Virus record (IMG/VR): IMGVR_UViG_3300035670_000060 | Location: 1-64,000 of that record | Reading direction: 5' to 3' (one strand) | From: a virus | Length of the DNA: 64,000 bases | Part shown: positions 8,497-18,208 of the stretch, in pieces | Layout: every line of letters starts with the position of its first letter | How positions within the stretch are numbered: position 1 is the first letter of the stretch | Made by a program: the position numbers and the translations under genes | Notes under the pieces: model-generated | Seen by the model: the letters and a program-made list of their open reading frames with translations, nothing else | Database searches by the model: none | What the model was told of the DNA's origin: nothing

Positions 8497-8967
8497 TTAG
8501 TAATTGGATGTGGTATACTTCATCATTTCATTGATAACAGAATCTTGTACTTTATGTATCGGCACCACTGCATCCTGTTCAATAGGCACCAATGCCATCT
8601 CATCAATCCATCCATTGGATCTGGTAACTTTTCTAACTCTGTACTTGAATGTATTTTCAATTCTAAACAACCAGCCACTCCATCTATACTTATACTTCGG
8701 TGCAGGAATTGTAACGTAATAAAATTCATCTACACTTCTACATTTCATCAACTGACTTTTCTTAAATGCAATTGCACCTTCGGTAATAAATGGTGTACCG
8801 ACTTTGACTTCAACTGTCTTATCGTCAGCCATCAAGTCTTTTTCGGAGTCAAAGTTGTCTAATGAAAATTGAACTTTGCGATTCTCAGCAAGATAATTAC
8901 CAACATACTTCTCACCCATCTTGCCAAGAATCTCAATCTTTTGTTCTCTTGTTAGTGGTGCTCTCAT
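8497..8967 (-). CDS. Putative PD-(D/E)xK-fold endonuclease
   Basis: GKMGEKYV...EKDL...VEVK spacing; inserted between gp44 and gp62. Confidence 0.5.
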   Translation of the reverse strand: MRAPLTREQKIEILGKMGEKYVGNYLAENRKVQFSLDNFDSEKDLMADDKTVEVKVGTPFITEGAIAFKKSQLMKCRSVDEFYYVTIPAPKYKYRWSGWLFRIENTFKYRVRKVTRSNGWIDEMALVPIEQDAVVPIHKVQDSVINEMMKYTTSNY

Positions 8968-9905
8968 GATTTAAACTCACAATCAGCCATGACTTGCGTC
9001 AAAAATGCAACCAGATTAATTTCTTGGTCTGCTACAAATGCTGCTTTGTATTGATAGTCAGCAAGATATAAAATCAGTTGCGGTATAGAATTCGGTGTCA
9101 ATGCATCATTAGCACCATCAAAGATTTGTCGAAAGATTGCTTGTGGTTCATTATCTAAATTCTCAACAACCCACTTACGCATACCAGAAAAGTTCTTATC
9201 TTTCAATTGCTTGAATAGATCCTTGATGTTTGCATTTGCTACACTTGTTAGAATGCCTGCATCAATCTTACCTGTGACTGAGTACCGCTGCAATTCATTT
9301 AGCACACGGCGCCAATCAGGAAGATACTTCATGATCATTTCAGCAACAACTGCTTTATCATATTCAACGTTCTCTTTTTTGAGAATGTCTTCAACTCGCT
9401 TGATAAATTGAACAGCTAACTTCTTCTTGTTACCATTGACAATCTTAAAATGAACAACTGAACACCGACTGTGAAGTGGTGTAATGATCCGATTGACATA
9501 ATTACAAGTGAGAATGAAACCACAATTTGAAGAGAATTCTTCCATGAAGTTTCGAAGTGCTGGTTGAGTAGACTGAGGATTCAGATAATCAGCTTCATCA
9601 AGTATAACATACTTCCTACCACCAACAAATGAAATAGTAGATGCATAGTTTTTAATTTCATTGCGAAGTGTATCAATGTTACCATTCATACTACCATTGA
9701 TAATGATATAGTCTGCACCAATTTCATCAAGCATGGCCCTAGCAACGGTTGTTTTGCCAACACCAGGACCACCTGCTAGAATGAGATTCGGTACGTTTTT
9801 GGTATTGACAAACTCTTGAAAGGTTGCTTTCAGATCCGCAGGAAGAATGGTATCTTCAACAGTCTTTGGTCGATACTTCTCGACCCATAAAAAATCTTCA
9901 CGCAT
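8964..9905 (-). CDS. gp44: Clamp loader ATPase subunit gp44
   Basis: WVEKYRP, GPGVGKTT, ILDEAD, SRC motifs. Confidence 0.97.
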   Translation of the reverse strand: MREDFLWVEKYRPKTVEDTILPADLKATFQEFVNTKNVPNLILAGGPGVGKTTVARAMLDEIGADYIIINGSMNGNIDTLRNEIKNYASTISFVGGRKYVILDEADYLNPQSTQPALRNFMEEFSSNCGFILTCNYVNRIITPLHSRCSVVHFKIVNGNKKKLAVQFIKRVEDILKKENVEYDKAVVAEMIMKYLPDWRRVLNELQRYSVTGKIDAGILTSVANANIKDLFKQLKDKNFSGMRKWVVENLDNEPQAIFRQIFDGANDALTPNSIPQLILYLADYQYKAAFVADQEINLVAFLTQVMADCEFKS

Positions 9906-9934
9906 AACTTCTCCATAATAAAAATAACATTATA

Positions 9935-10192
9935 TCACTTCGTGACGGATTCGTAAAGAGTCTCCAAGTCTTGTTGATCCTGTTGTACCTGATTGAAGTT
10001 TTGCTTATGAAAAACTTTAGCCAATCTGCGAGTGTATTTCTTCTTGATTTTGTAATTGTCTTCAACGGTTTGAAGAATATCTTTAATCAAGTCTCGTTCA
10101 GCCTCCATGCGAGTCAGACTGTCCGAGATTTCTTGTAACGCTTGGCGAATTTTTTTCTTGTCTTCTGGTGAAGATGGTACGACTACGCTCAT
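9935..10192 (-). CDS. T4 DsbA-like double-stranded DNA-binding protein
   Basis: Size and helical pattern ALQEISDSL...IKDI...RRLAKVFHKQNF. Confidence 0.6.
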   Translation of the reverse strand: MSVVVPSSPEDKKKIRQALQEISDSLTRMEAERDLIKDILQTVEDNYKIKKKYTRRLAKVFHKQNFNQVQQDQQDLETLYESVTK

Positions 10193-10866
10193 GCTTCATA
10201 CCTCGATCCAGGTTCCATTGCAACCCAATACTCAAGTGTTGGTGAAACAAAATGTGCGATGCCTTTTGAAGATGCACTAACAGCATAATCACTCGGAATC
10301 AATTTGATGTTACCGACACTAAATGTAAATCGGAAGTCTGCTGTAGTCTCACCAACTTCTTGTGAGTATGTATCAGAGCCATCGTTCTTACTATCAACTG
10401 CTGCTAACGTAATCTTAGACCTATCACCAACGATTGCAATGTGAGGCAAACCAAGAATGCCTGCAAGTTTCAATACTTGTATCAATGCATCTTTCTTTAA
10501 TGTGAACTGGACTTCTGCACTTGAAACTTTAATGTCTTTGTCTGGTGCTGCTACAATCATTGATTCATCAGTCAATCGATATACCAATTTAGATGAGTCG
10601 GACTGAATCACTGCACTTCCTGCTGAACCGTCACCAGTCTTCTTGATTGTGATATCAGGTTTGTCTAGTGAACTAACGACAGATAAAAATCGATTCAAAT
10701 CATAGATACAAAATTCATCTACGATTGCATCAGGAATGGTTGCTTTACCTACTACGGCTTTCTGCGCTGAAATTACCCTCAACAAATTGCCTTTGCGGAA
10801 CATCATACCCGTGTTGATTGTCGAAAAGTTTTTCAGAACCTCTAATGTCTTGTCGCTCAATTTCAT
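10189..10866 (-). CDS. gp45: Sliding clamp gp45
   Basis: MKLSDKTLEVLKNFSTIN, FCIYDLNRFL, YWVAME. Confidence 0.95.
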   Translation of the reverse strand: MKLSDKTLEVLKNFSTINTGMMFRKGNLLRVISAQKAVVGKATIPDAIVDEFCIYDLNRFLSVVSSLDKPDITIKKTGDGSAGSAVIQSDSSKLVYRLTDESMIVAAPDKDIKVSSAEVQFTLKKDALIQVLKLAGILGLPHIAIVGDRSKITLAAVDSKNDGSDTYSQEVGETTADFRFTFSVGNIKLIPSDYAVSASSKGIAHFVSPTLEYWVAMEPGSRYEA

Positions 10867-11149
10867 TCTTCACTTCTCCATAAAATTTATCATGTATATA
10901 AACCATCATAATAGCATAATGTATAACTTTAAGCAAGTCTTTTCGATTCCTACCTCCTTTCTTACCATATCGCTGTGCATATTTCATTACATTACCAATA
11001 GTAAAACCTTCACCGTGACCACAGTCAATAATGAACTCAGTCGCCTGAAATTGGTTTTGTGAATAGTGTTCACCGTAGGTCGCTTCGATATAAGTCTCAA
11101 GTTCTTTTAGAATTCGAGGCTCATCATACTTATACGGCAAATTCTTCAT
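10745..11149 (-). CDS. DUF3310-like protein (putative nucleotide-related)
   Basis: HY...GFTIGNVMKYAQRYGKK...DLLKVIHY; 3' end overlaps gp45 by 122 nt. Confidence 0.7.
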   Translation of the reverse strand: MKNLPYKYDEPRILKELETYIEATYGEHYSQNQFQATEFIIDCGHGEGFTIGNVMKYAQRYGKKGGRNRKDLLKVIHYAIMMVYIHDKFYGEVKNEIERQDIRGSEKLFDNQHGYDVPQRQFVEGNFSAESRSR

Positions 11150-11982
11150 CGTTTTGGTGCTGTTTTAGATGCGGTTGGAGATGCGCCGACTGCTGCTAAC
11201 GCTGATAGAGAACCGCCCCATGTATACGAACCAGTGTGTTTTAATTCAAGCCATGGTAACATCCAAACTTTCAATCCAGATTTTCTTGCATACTGACAAA
11301 ACATGTAGTCTTCAGATAGATATCGCTTTGATTCAGGATCTATAACACAATCGAAGAATGCCATAATTTCTCGACTACCATCGAATGCTTTGGTACGTAC
11401 ATGATCTGGTTTGTATGATCGCTCAGGATAATCTTGCGACATTTTTTCAAATACATTTTTTCGAATCAACATGAATCCAGTACCGCCTTCTTTTACTTCA
11501 GCAGGTTCATTCAATGGAATTCGTTCAGTGCCATCCACGGGATTGAATACATAGTCGCCTGTAAAGTTTTCGAGAATGAGAGGATCCTTATCAGCAAAGC
11601 CTTTGTCTACCGCAGACTTTACTTTCTCCCACGATATAGCCTTCTTAGGATATGGTCCGCATACAATATCTTTATCTTCTCCTTCAGAATAGTGAAGCAT
11701 TACCAAAACGTCTTGGGCTGCAAATGTGATATCACTATCAATGAAAAGTAGGTGAGTGTAATCACTACGAATAAATTCGTCGGCTAAGTAATTTCTGGCT
11801 CGTGTGATGAGTGATTCATTGAACATGAAAAACAATTTACATTCAATTTTGTATCGAGTGCATAGTACCATTAAGTCAGCAATAGATTTGGTATAACCTC
11901 CGTAACATTGACCGCCATACATTGGCGTTGCAACGAAAAGTTTTTTGTCTCTCATTTTTTCTAGATCAATCGATATTTCCAT
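11146..11982 (-). CDS. GT-A-fold glycosyltransferase-like protein
   Basis: VATPMYGG, ESLITRARN, FIDSD (DxD), GTGFML, SEDY. Confidence 0.7.
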   Translation of the reverse strand: MEISIDLEKMRDKKLFVATPMYGGQCYGGYTKSIADLMVLCTRYKIECKLFFMFNESLITRARNYLADEFIRSDYTHLLFIDSDITFAAQDVLVMLHYSEGEDKDIVCGPYPKKAISWEKVKSAVDKGFADKDPLILENFTGDYVFNPVDGTERIPLNEPAEVKEGGTGFMLIRKNVFEKMSQDYPERSYKPDHVRTKAFDGSREIMAFFDCVIDPESKRYLSEDYMFCQYARKSGLKVWMLPWLELKHTGSYTWGGSLSALAAVGASPTASKTAPKR

Positions 11983-12020
11983 GATAACTCCATAATAATG
12001 TTATTGTAATATTATATATG

Positions 12021-12050
12021 CAAAAAAGGTGGCTGATTGAATCAGCCACC
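12021..12050 (-). terminator. Rho-independent terminator after the CobS-like gene
   Basis: Minus strand GGTGGCTGATT-CAAT-CAGCCACC-TTTTTT. Confidence 0.8.
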
Positions 12051-12067
12051 GAGAAAAGTTTTAAATT

Positions 12068-13270
12068 TTAGAAAGGCACTTCTTCGGTATGTACTTCTGG
12101 TGTACTTACCACCGGTGAAACATTTACAGGCTCAGGAACCAACTTTGTGTAGAGGTCCATAAATGCAGTCTTGGTTTCAGCATCAAAGCGGTTGATACAG
12201 TATGTAATCGCTTCGGTGCGGTCACCAAAAATCTGGTATGCTTTCGCAATGGACACCAGACGGCGAGTGGAAATCAATTCATCAATTGCACCTTCTTGAA
12301 AAGTCTTCCGAATGATATCAGCCCACTTGACAAGAATCTCCGAAAATTCTTTATCTTGCAAACCAAGACTATCAAATACACGGGTAAGAATCTTACTCTC
12401 AACGGTTGTAGAAGGATACTCCTGTTCAACCGTGATAGGAAACCGCTCAAGGAATGCATCATCAAGAATGGTAGCAGCCATGAACCGACCGGTTTCATCG
12501 CCCTTACCTTTGGTGTTAGCGGTTGCTATCACATTGAAGCCGGGTGCAGGACGAACAGTCTCACCAGTTTTCTTTACGAAAATTGGCTTGCCCTCAAGGA
12601 TACCTTGCAAGCACATAAGTTTATTAGAACCACGGTCAATTTCATCAAGGCAGAGGATTGCACCGGACTTCATGGCCTGGAGCACTGGACCGTCGTACCA
12701 GCGGGTTTCGCCATCAATCAAGCGGAAACCACCAATCAAGTCATCCTCATCCGTCTCCGGTGTGATGTTCACTCGCATAAATTCACGCTTGAGTTTGGCG
12801 CAAACTTGCTCTACCATCATAGTCTTACCGTTGCCGGAGAGACCGGAAACGAACACTGGGTAGAACTGATTGGATGTTACCACCTTCAGCATTTTATCGA
12901 AGAAACCAAAGGGTACGTACAACGGATCCACATTAGGAACCGAGGGGCCTTCATCAATTCGAATGACTTTGGCAATCTTAGCCACTAGTTTTTCTCGCAA
13001 TTCGACCACTGGAGCAACCGCCGGTGAAGCCATCGGAGTCACTGGAGCGGGTTGTTTAATGGCAGTTACGGTAGCAGTCATGTCCACACCGTACTCAGCC
13101 AGAGGGAGCTGGTAGACACCACGGCCAATACGATACTTATCGCCAGAGACCCACACTTGGCGCTTTACGCCTTCGTTCTCCAACTCCAACAATTGTTGCA
13201 TTGTCACGGTATTGCCAAAGCGACTCTGGAGAGTCTTAAGGTACTGGACCTTATCAGCACGGCTAGTCAT
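12068..13270 (-). CDS. cobS: CobS/MoxR-like AAA+ ATPase
   Basis: GLSGNGKT, LDEID, ATANTKG, AFLERF, ISTRRL; cyanophage-type CobS. Confidence 0.88.
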   Translation of the reverse strand: MTSRADKVQYLKTLQSRFGNTVTMQQLLELENEGVKRQVWVSGDKYRIGRGVYQLPLAEYGVDMTATVTAIKQPAPVTPMASPAVAPVVELREKLVAKIAKVIRIDEGPSVPNVDPLYVPFGFFDKMLKVVTSNQFYPVFVSGLSGNGKTMMVEQVCAKLKREFMRVNITPETDEDDLIGGFRLIDGETRWYDGPVLQAMKSGAILCLDEIDRGSNKLMCLQGILEGKPIFVKKTGETVRPAPGFNVIATANTKGKGDETGRFMAATILDDAFLERFPITVEQEYPSTTVESKILTRVFDSLGLQDKEFSEILVKWADIIRKTFQEGAIDELISTRRLVSIAKAYQIFGDRTEAITYCINRFDAETKTAFMDLYTKLVPEPVNVSPVVSTPEVHTEEVPF

Positions 13271-13302
13271 TTCAAAGTTCCTTTCTCAAAGTTCATACTA
13301 TA

Positions 13303-13331
13303 ATCATACACTGGTAGCCAAAAAATGTCAA
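13303..13331 (-). promoter_or_regulatory. Sigma70-type (early) promoter for the CobS-like gene
   Basis: TTGACA-17 nt-TATGAT. Confidence 0.7.
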
Positions 13332-13345
13332 CATATGTTGTATTT

Positions 13346-15520
13346 TTACGACACCCGTTCAATAAACTTCTTGAGCAACACACGGTTGGTCAATCGGTTC
13401 TGGTTCATCTTCAGGAATGCACCACGCAACTTGCGAGCGGTGGCTTTAGTCTCACCAATCAATTCATCCAAATCATCATCATTCACACGGAGACTGCTAC
13501 CACCAGGAATAATGTAGTATTCATCAAAGCCCCAATTATTGACAACGCAAACTTTGTCTTCTTTCCATTTGCGGAACTCACCATCAGCAAAATTGTAATC
13601 ACTATTACGGTCATATCTAAGATCACCAGTCAATTGAACCATCACATTGGTAAAATTTGAACGATAATTGTTCGTAATATAAAAACCAATCAAATTGCAA
13701 CCAGTCTTATTTTTAAGAATCTTTAAAAGTGTAGGTGTAACGGCATTAGCTTTCGCAGGAATTTTATAAGTTTTTTTGGTCTCTTGGTCAATGATAATAC
13801 AGTCCCTATTTGCTGTAGATTGACTCATATGATGTTTAATTCTGCCATTGTCACCGTAGACACGGATCCCTGAACTGTCTTCACCATCAGTAAGAAATAC
13901 GGTGTTCACAATTTGTAGGCGATGTTTTGTACGGAACGCATTGATATACTTCGGAAGAATTATAATGGTAGTATTCAACGGCGTACTACCTAAACCAAGG
14001 GAACGGTCGTTGATAGAAATACCACGATAATATGAAACCGCTGCTAACATATCAGCACATTGTTTCCGATATACACGGTCTGGCATTGTTGAGGAAAGAA
14101 AATTCAGCAACCGAGTATTCTCTAAAGAAATTTCACCAGAAGTGAAGGTTGAAATTTGTTGGTCACTTTTACCATATTCACTTGAGAATGCTACAACCTC
14201 AAATGGCACACCAACCTTCTTACAAAATTGTGTAAGGGTAATCAACTGCTCAACGGTACCTTTGAGATGGTCACCCATTGAACCAGACCAGTCTAACACA
14301 AGAAACAAGCCATGATTCTTACCCTGAGATACATTGGCTACACGACGGAAGATATCGTCATTGAATTTATAAGTATGCAACTTATTGGTATCAAGTTGAC
14401 CAGTTTGAGCAACTGACACACGGCGCAACTCAGCGGCCTTCTTCCGCATTTCAAATTCCTTGACAAGGTACATCAAAGCATTTTTGTTTTTTGCTTCGAA
14501 TTCCTTGAGATACCGCATGTTACTGCCCGGTGCTTCCTCGTAAGCAATACGGTTAATCAATTCTTTCCAGTGGACAAATGGCTCAAATGCTGTAGTCTTA
14601 GGAATCTTGCCAGTTAAAATTTCACCATTGCTTGATGATAGTTTTTTGACTTTGTTCTGGAATGATTCATCCGTTACAGATTTTGGATCATACGAAGTCA
14701 ATGGATTTGACTTAGTATCATTGGTGCTGCTGTCTTTACCAGAAGTGATGTCCGAATTATCTTCATCTTCACCTTCGCCATCATCATTGGGTGAACCACC
14801 ATTACTGTCTTGATCCGTTCCACGCATTTGGTTACCATCGGATGATTCACCATTGCCTTCACTATCATCTTGGAAAGGATCGCCGACTGAATCTGAATCT
14901 TCACCTTCGCCAGGCTCACCGGGCTGAGGCTCTGGTGCTTGTTCCAACTTGTCCTTCATTTCTTGTTGGCAATATTCGTACAACTCTTTAGCCACTTGAT
15001 ATACATCTTCGAAGGTTTCGGTATCAGCAACCTTGTCCACAAAGTATTGCTCTTCAGCATTGAAGTGGACATCGGCTGAAACGCCGAGTTTAAAGTGCAT
15101 GTTGATTCTATCAATCAATAGGAAGCCGTTGATATCTTTACCTTTGATGGAAAAGAAATCACGCTCATTGAGTTCACGGTAGCCGATGCCAAATGATTTA
15201 CGAATACCTGGGTACCGTGTTTTGATTTTACGCTCGATCCGAGCATCCTCTACCACATTGAGGAATGTCTTGAATCCTGGCTTCATGTTGTCCATTACAG
15301 CATCATGCCAACCTTCTTCTGGAGTGTCCAGTGCATGGCCAACTTCGTGGCCGACAAGTAAATCATAGAGTTCGGGCGAAGTATCTTCCCAGAGAGGGAG
15401 AGTGAGCGTCCGAGTCTTGGTATTGAAGGATGCAGTTTCCGCTTTACGGATGTCTATGTTAAGATTCTCCGTGGCCAGAAGTCTGGCCAGCGTGGATTTT
15501 GTGGTTTGTAGATTGTCCAT
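13346..15520 (-). CDS. CobT-like protein: N-terminal HExxH domain, acidic linker, C-terminal VWA domain
   Basis: HEVGH, NVVEDARIE, MIDAS DWSGS, TPL, LTDGE; adjacent to the MoxR-type ATPase. Confidence 0.85.
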   Translation of the reverse strand: MDNLQTTKSTLARLLATENLNIDIRKAETASFNTKTRTLTLPLWEDTSPELYDLLVGHEVGHALDTPEEGWHDAVMDNMKPGFKTFLNVVEDARIERKIKTRYPGIRKSFGIGYRELNERDFFSIKGKDINGFLLIDRINMHFKLGVSADVHFNAEEQYFVDKVADTETFEDVYQVAKELYEYCQQEMKDKLEQAPEPQPGEPGEGEDSDSVGDPFQDDSEGNGESSDGNQMRGTDQDSNGGSPNDDGEGEDEDNSDITSGKDSSTNDTKSNPLTSYDPKSVTDESFQNKVKKLSSSNGEILTGKIPKTTAFEPFVHWKELINRIAYEEAPGSNMRYLKEFEAKNKNALMYLVKEFEMRKKAAELRRVSVAQTGQLDTNKLHTYKFNDDIFRRVANVSQGKNHGLFLVLDWSGSMGDHLKGTVEQLITLTQFCKKVGVPFEVVAFSSEYGKSDQQISTFTSGEISLENTRLLNFLSSTMPDRVYRKQCADMLAAVSYYRGISINDRSLGLGSTPLNTTIIILPKYINAFRTKHRLQIVNTVFLTDGEDSSGIRVYGDNGRIKHHMSQSTANRDCIIIDQETKKTYKIPAKANAVTPTLLKILKNKTGCNLIGFYITNNYRSNFTNVMVQLTGDLRYDRNSDYNFADGEFRKWKEDKVCVVNNWGFDEYYIIPGGSSLRVNDDDLDELIGETKATARKLRGAFLKMNQNRLTNRVLLKKFIERVS

Positions 15521-15544
15521 TTGCTTTCTCTCAGTTACCTATGT

Positions 15545-15573
15545 AGTGTACATGGGTCGAGGTGCAAAGTCAA
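15545..15573 (-). promoter_or_regulatory. Sigma70-type (early) promoter for the CobT-like gene
   Basis: TTGACT-17 nt-TACACT. Confidence 0.6.
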
Positions 15574-16541
15574 GACTGTTGTTTTTCTGCTACAGTGTCA
15601 AGTTGAGTTGACGGTTCTTCCAGGAAAGATTGTAGGTTTGCTTGAGCCGCCAATTTTTCGGCTCGTTCTCTTAATGCTCTTTTTCTACGGGCAGCAATTA
15701 ATTTCGCTTTTACTTCAGGTCTATTTAGTGCTTCTTTGGCTGCTACACTCATTTTTAATCTTGCTTCAGGACTACTAAGTGCTTTTTTCAATGATACACT
15801 CTTTTTTTCTTTTACTTCAGGTCTATTCATTGCTTCACGCTGTTTTTCCCTTACTTCAGGTCTATTTATTCTTTCAAGAAATTTTTTCTTTACTTCAGGT
15901 CTATTATTTACTTCTTTCGACGCAGCACACAATTTCGCTTTTACTTCAGGTCTATTCAGTGCTTCTTTGGCTGCTGCACTCATTTTTAATCTTGCTTCAG
16001 GACTACTAAATGCTTTTTTCAATGATACACTCTTTTTTTCTTTTACTTCAGGTCTATTCATCGCTTCTTTGGCTGCTGTCCTTTTTTTTAATCTTGCTTC
16101 AGGACTACTGAGTGCTTTTTTTAATGCAGCACTTAATTTTGCTTTTACTTCAGGTCTATTCAGTGCTTCTTTGATTGATGCACTTAATTTTGCTTTTACT
16201 TCAGGCCTATTCATTACTTCTTTAGAAGTTGCACTCTTTCTCGCTCTTTCTTCTTCAGAGGCTATATAGCCCCTAACACCATCACCGCCGGCCGTCAAAT
16301 TTCTGAGTATACCTGTATCATTATCAACTCTACCATATTTTTTAATTTGTTCAATTTCTATAGCAAACGCTTCTTCTTCAGTCAAATTTTCAGCATGAAA
16401 AATAATCCTACTTAAGTCTTTAGGCGCTTTGGTTGTTCTATTTTTACTATATGCCCTATCGCCAGTGCCTTTACCCACATAATATGGCGTACCATCTTCT
16501 CTTAAGTACATGTAAACATAGTATTTTCTTTCTTCATCCAT
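15570..16541 (-). CDS. GIY-YIG-family (Seg-like) endonuclease with a C-terminal helical repeat array
   Basis: YYVYMYLREDGTPYYVGKG...R...E...LRN nuclease core, then 11 (NR/SS)PE(V/A) repeat units. Confidence 0.75.
   Translation of the reverse strand: MDEERKYYVYMYLREDGTPYYVGKGTGDRAYSKNRTTKAPKDLSRIIFHAENLTEEEAFAIEIEQIKKYGRVDNDTGILRNLTAGGDGVRGYIASEEERARKSATSKEVMNRPEVKAKLSASIKEALNRPEVKAKLSAALKKALSSPEARLKKRTAAKEAMNRPEVKEKKSVSLKKAFSSPEARLKMSAAAKEALNRPEVKAKLCAASKEVNNRPEVKKKFLERINRPEVREKQREAMNRPEVKEKKSVSLKKALSSPEARLKMSVAAKEALNRPEVKAKLIAARRKRALRERAEKLAAQANLQSFLEEPSTQLDTVAEKQQS
15690..16220 (-). repeat. Coding tandem repeats, mostly 51 nt (17 aa), within the endonuclease
   Basis: Recurrent TTTTACTTCAGGTCTATT and TTGCTTCAGGACTACT on the + strand; near-identical blocks at an offset of 231 nt. 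Confidence 0.9.
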
Positions 16542-16544
16542 AAA

Positions 16545-17459
16545 TTAAACTCCGAAGTTTGTAATCAATTTCATACCGAAATTGTTGACTCCTTTTTGTA
16601 TGTTCACACCAGACTTTAGAATCAACTTGTTTTTCTTGAACGGACCATAGTCAACATAATGATGCCACCGACCGTATCTCCATACAACTCTTGCAACATC
16701 AGGATGCAAGTCAGCAAGCATTTTGGACTTTTTGATGGTACCCTCAGAATTCAAACGACCATCACGCCATTTGCTTTTATCTAAGTCACCTTCAGCATGA
16801 TAAAATTCTGCGGTGTTGCCACCCTTAACTGTTTGTGTTGCTGCTTTGCCTTGGAGAAATGCATTGAACTGAATAGTGCAATCACCATCTTTCAATACAC
16901 GAAGGCAAATATCGGTATCTTCATTATAACGACCACGCCATCTATGCTTACAATCATTTGAAATTAACAGCGTAGAATAGATTCGTGTATTCTTCACATA
17001 CGGTGGATACTTTTGATTCGGTGCAATGAAGAACCGATACTGAAAGCCAGAGATTGGCACATTCTCGAATCGGTCAATGAATTGTTCAGCAGCATAGAAT
17101 ATTGCACCAGACTCCACACGAATTCTTTTGTTTTCATGCAGCCGATAAAAGTCTGCGATATTATCATCAAGGACCCAGTGCTTTTCAGCACCAATAGAAA
17201 TAGAATGATCCCATGCCCAGTTTCTTGCTCGACCAGGTCCATCACCATGATTGCTGAATGGTGCAACTAGAAGGGTTACATAATCACGGATGTTAAAGGT
17301 GTCTAGTGCTTTGTCATAATCTTTTAAGTCTTGTGGCTCAATGACAATGTAGTGTGGCACTTTCATACGTGAAAGTGACTTTGATGTAATCATTGTATCG
17401 GATCTACCCTTTGATACAATATACACTGGATGGTCTGGATTAATCATATTCTTTTCCAT
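16545..17459 (-). CDS. TET/JBP-associated (TAGT, GREB1-like) glycosyltransferase, putative DNA-base glycosyltransferase
   Basis: YIVSKGRS, ARNWAWD, WVLDDNI, YNEDTD, KGGNT motifs. Confidence 0.72.
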   Translation of the reverse strand: MEKNMINPDHPVYIVSKGRSDTMITSKSLSRMKVPHYIVIEPQDLKDYDKALDTFNIRDYVTLLVAPFSNHGDGPGRARNWAWDHSISIGAEKHWVLDDNIADFYRLHENKRIRVESGAIFYAAEQFIDRFENVPISGFQYRFFIAPNQKYPPYVKNTRIYSTLLISNDCKHRWRGRYNEDTDICLRVLKDGDCTIQFNAFLQGKAATQTVKGGNTAEFYHAEGDLDKSKWRDGRLNSEGTIKKSKMLADLHPDVARVVWRYGRWHHYVDYGPFKKNKLILKSGVNIQKGVNNFGMKLITNFGV

Positions 17460-18208
17460 ACTGTAGGCTTGTTATTCCATATGTTACAATTCAATTTCTC
17501 ATATCCACTCATTCTTATGTAGCGATTAAACAACCGACTAATCTTACTTTGATCAACTGTGGTGTTATCATACTCATAAGTTTTATAATGTCCAATAGAC
17601 CATGTATTGAATGCATTTGCTATGATAAAATATTGTGGATGAATTGCGTCTACAATTTCTTGAAAGTGTTTCGTGGGATTTCTGATATGTTCAAAGTATT
17701 CGGAAGCAAAAACAAAATCAACATCATGCTTAATATCATGAACTGATTCAATTAAATTAAAATCATAAGTTTCGCTCATTCGTTCACAAAAGGACCACTG
17801 TTTGGTATTCTTTAGATTGATAGCGTATCCTTTTGCTTGCGGTAGAATTTGCTTCAACGCACATGTACTATAACTCAATCCGCAACCAATGTCAACGAAC
17901 GATTTGGAATCTTTGATGAGTTGGTATGCTGAAGACTTTACAATACGCTTGATATATTCTCTGCTATAAGTTGCATAACAATTGAAGATGTCTACAAAGT
18001 AGTAATCATCATCATATACACGATAAGCATTCTCACCACTCTCAAGTTTATCATACCATTCTTCAGTCAGTCTTTTGAATAGTTCTCCATTCTTCAGTAA
18101 GTTTGCTGCTTCAACTTCGCTAACATCATGAATCGTTTTATATTCTTGAATGAATGATTGAAACAGGTTTTGTTTTTTGGTATTTAAAAAATCTATTCTA
18201 CTATCCAT
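17444..18208 (-). CDS. Class I SAM-dependent methyltransferase
   Basis: FVDIGCG (motif I), FASEYFEHIRNP. Confidence 0.75.
   Translation of the reverse strand: MDSRIDFLNTKKQNLFQSFIQEYKTIHDVSEVEAANLLKNGELFKRLTEEWYDKLESGENAYRVYDDDYYFVDIFNCYATYSREYIKRIVKSSAYQLIKDSKSFVDIGCGLSYSTCALKQILPQAKGYAINLKNTKQWSFCERMSETYDFNLIESVHDIKHDVDFVFASEYFEHIRNPTKHFQEIVDAIHPQYFIIANAFNTWSIGHYKTYEYDNTTVDQSKISRLFNRYIRMSGYEKLNCNIWNNKPTVWKRI

Noticed and set aside
12296-12988. Long + strand ORFs (230 and 183 aa) opposite the CobS-like gene, and similar ones at 15736-16269 and 40583-41191
   Set aside because: Antisense shadows of well-supported minus-strand genes with no recognisable motifs
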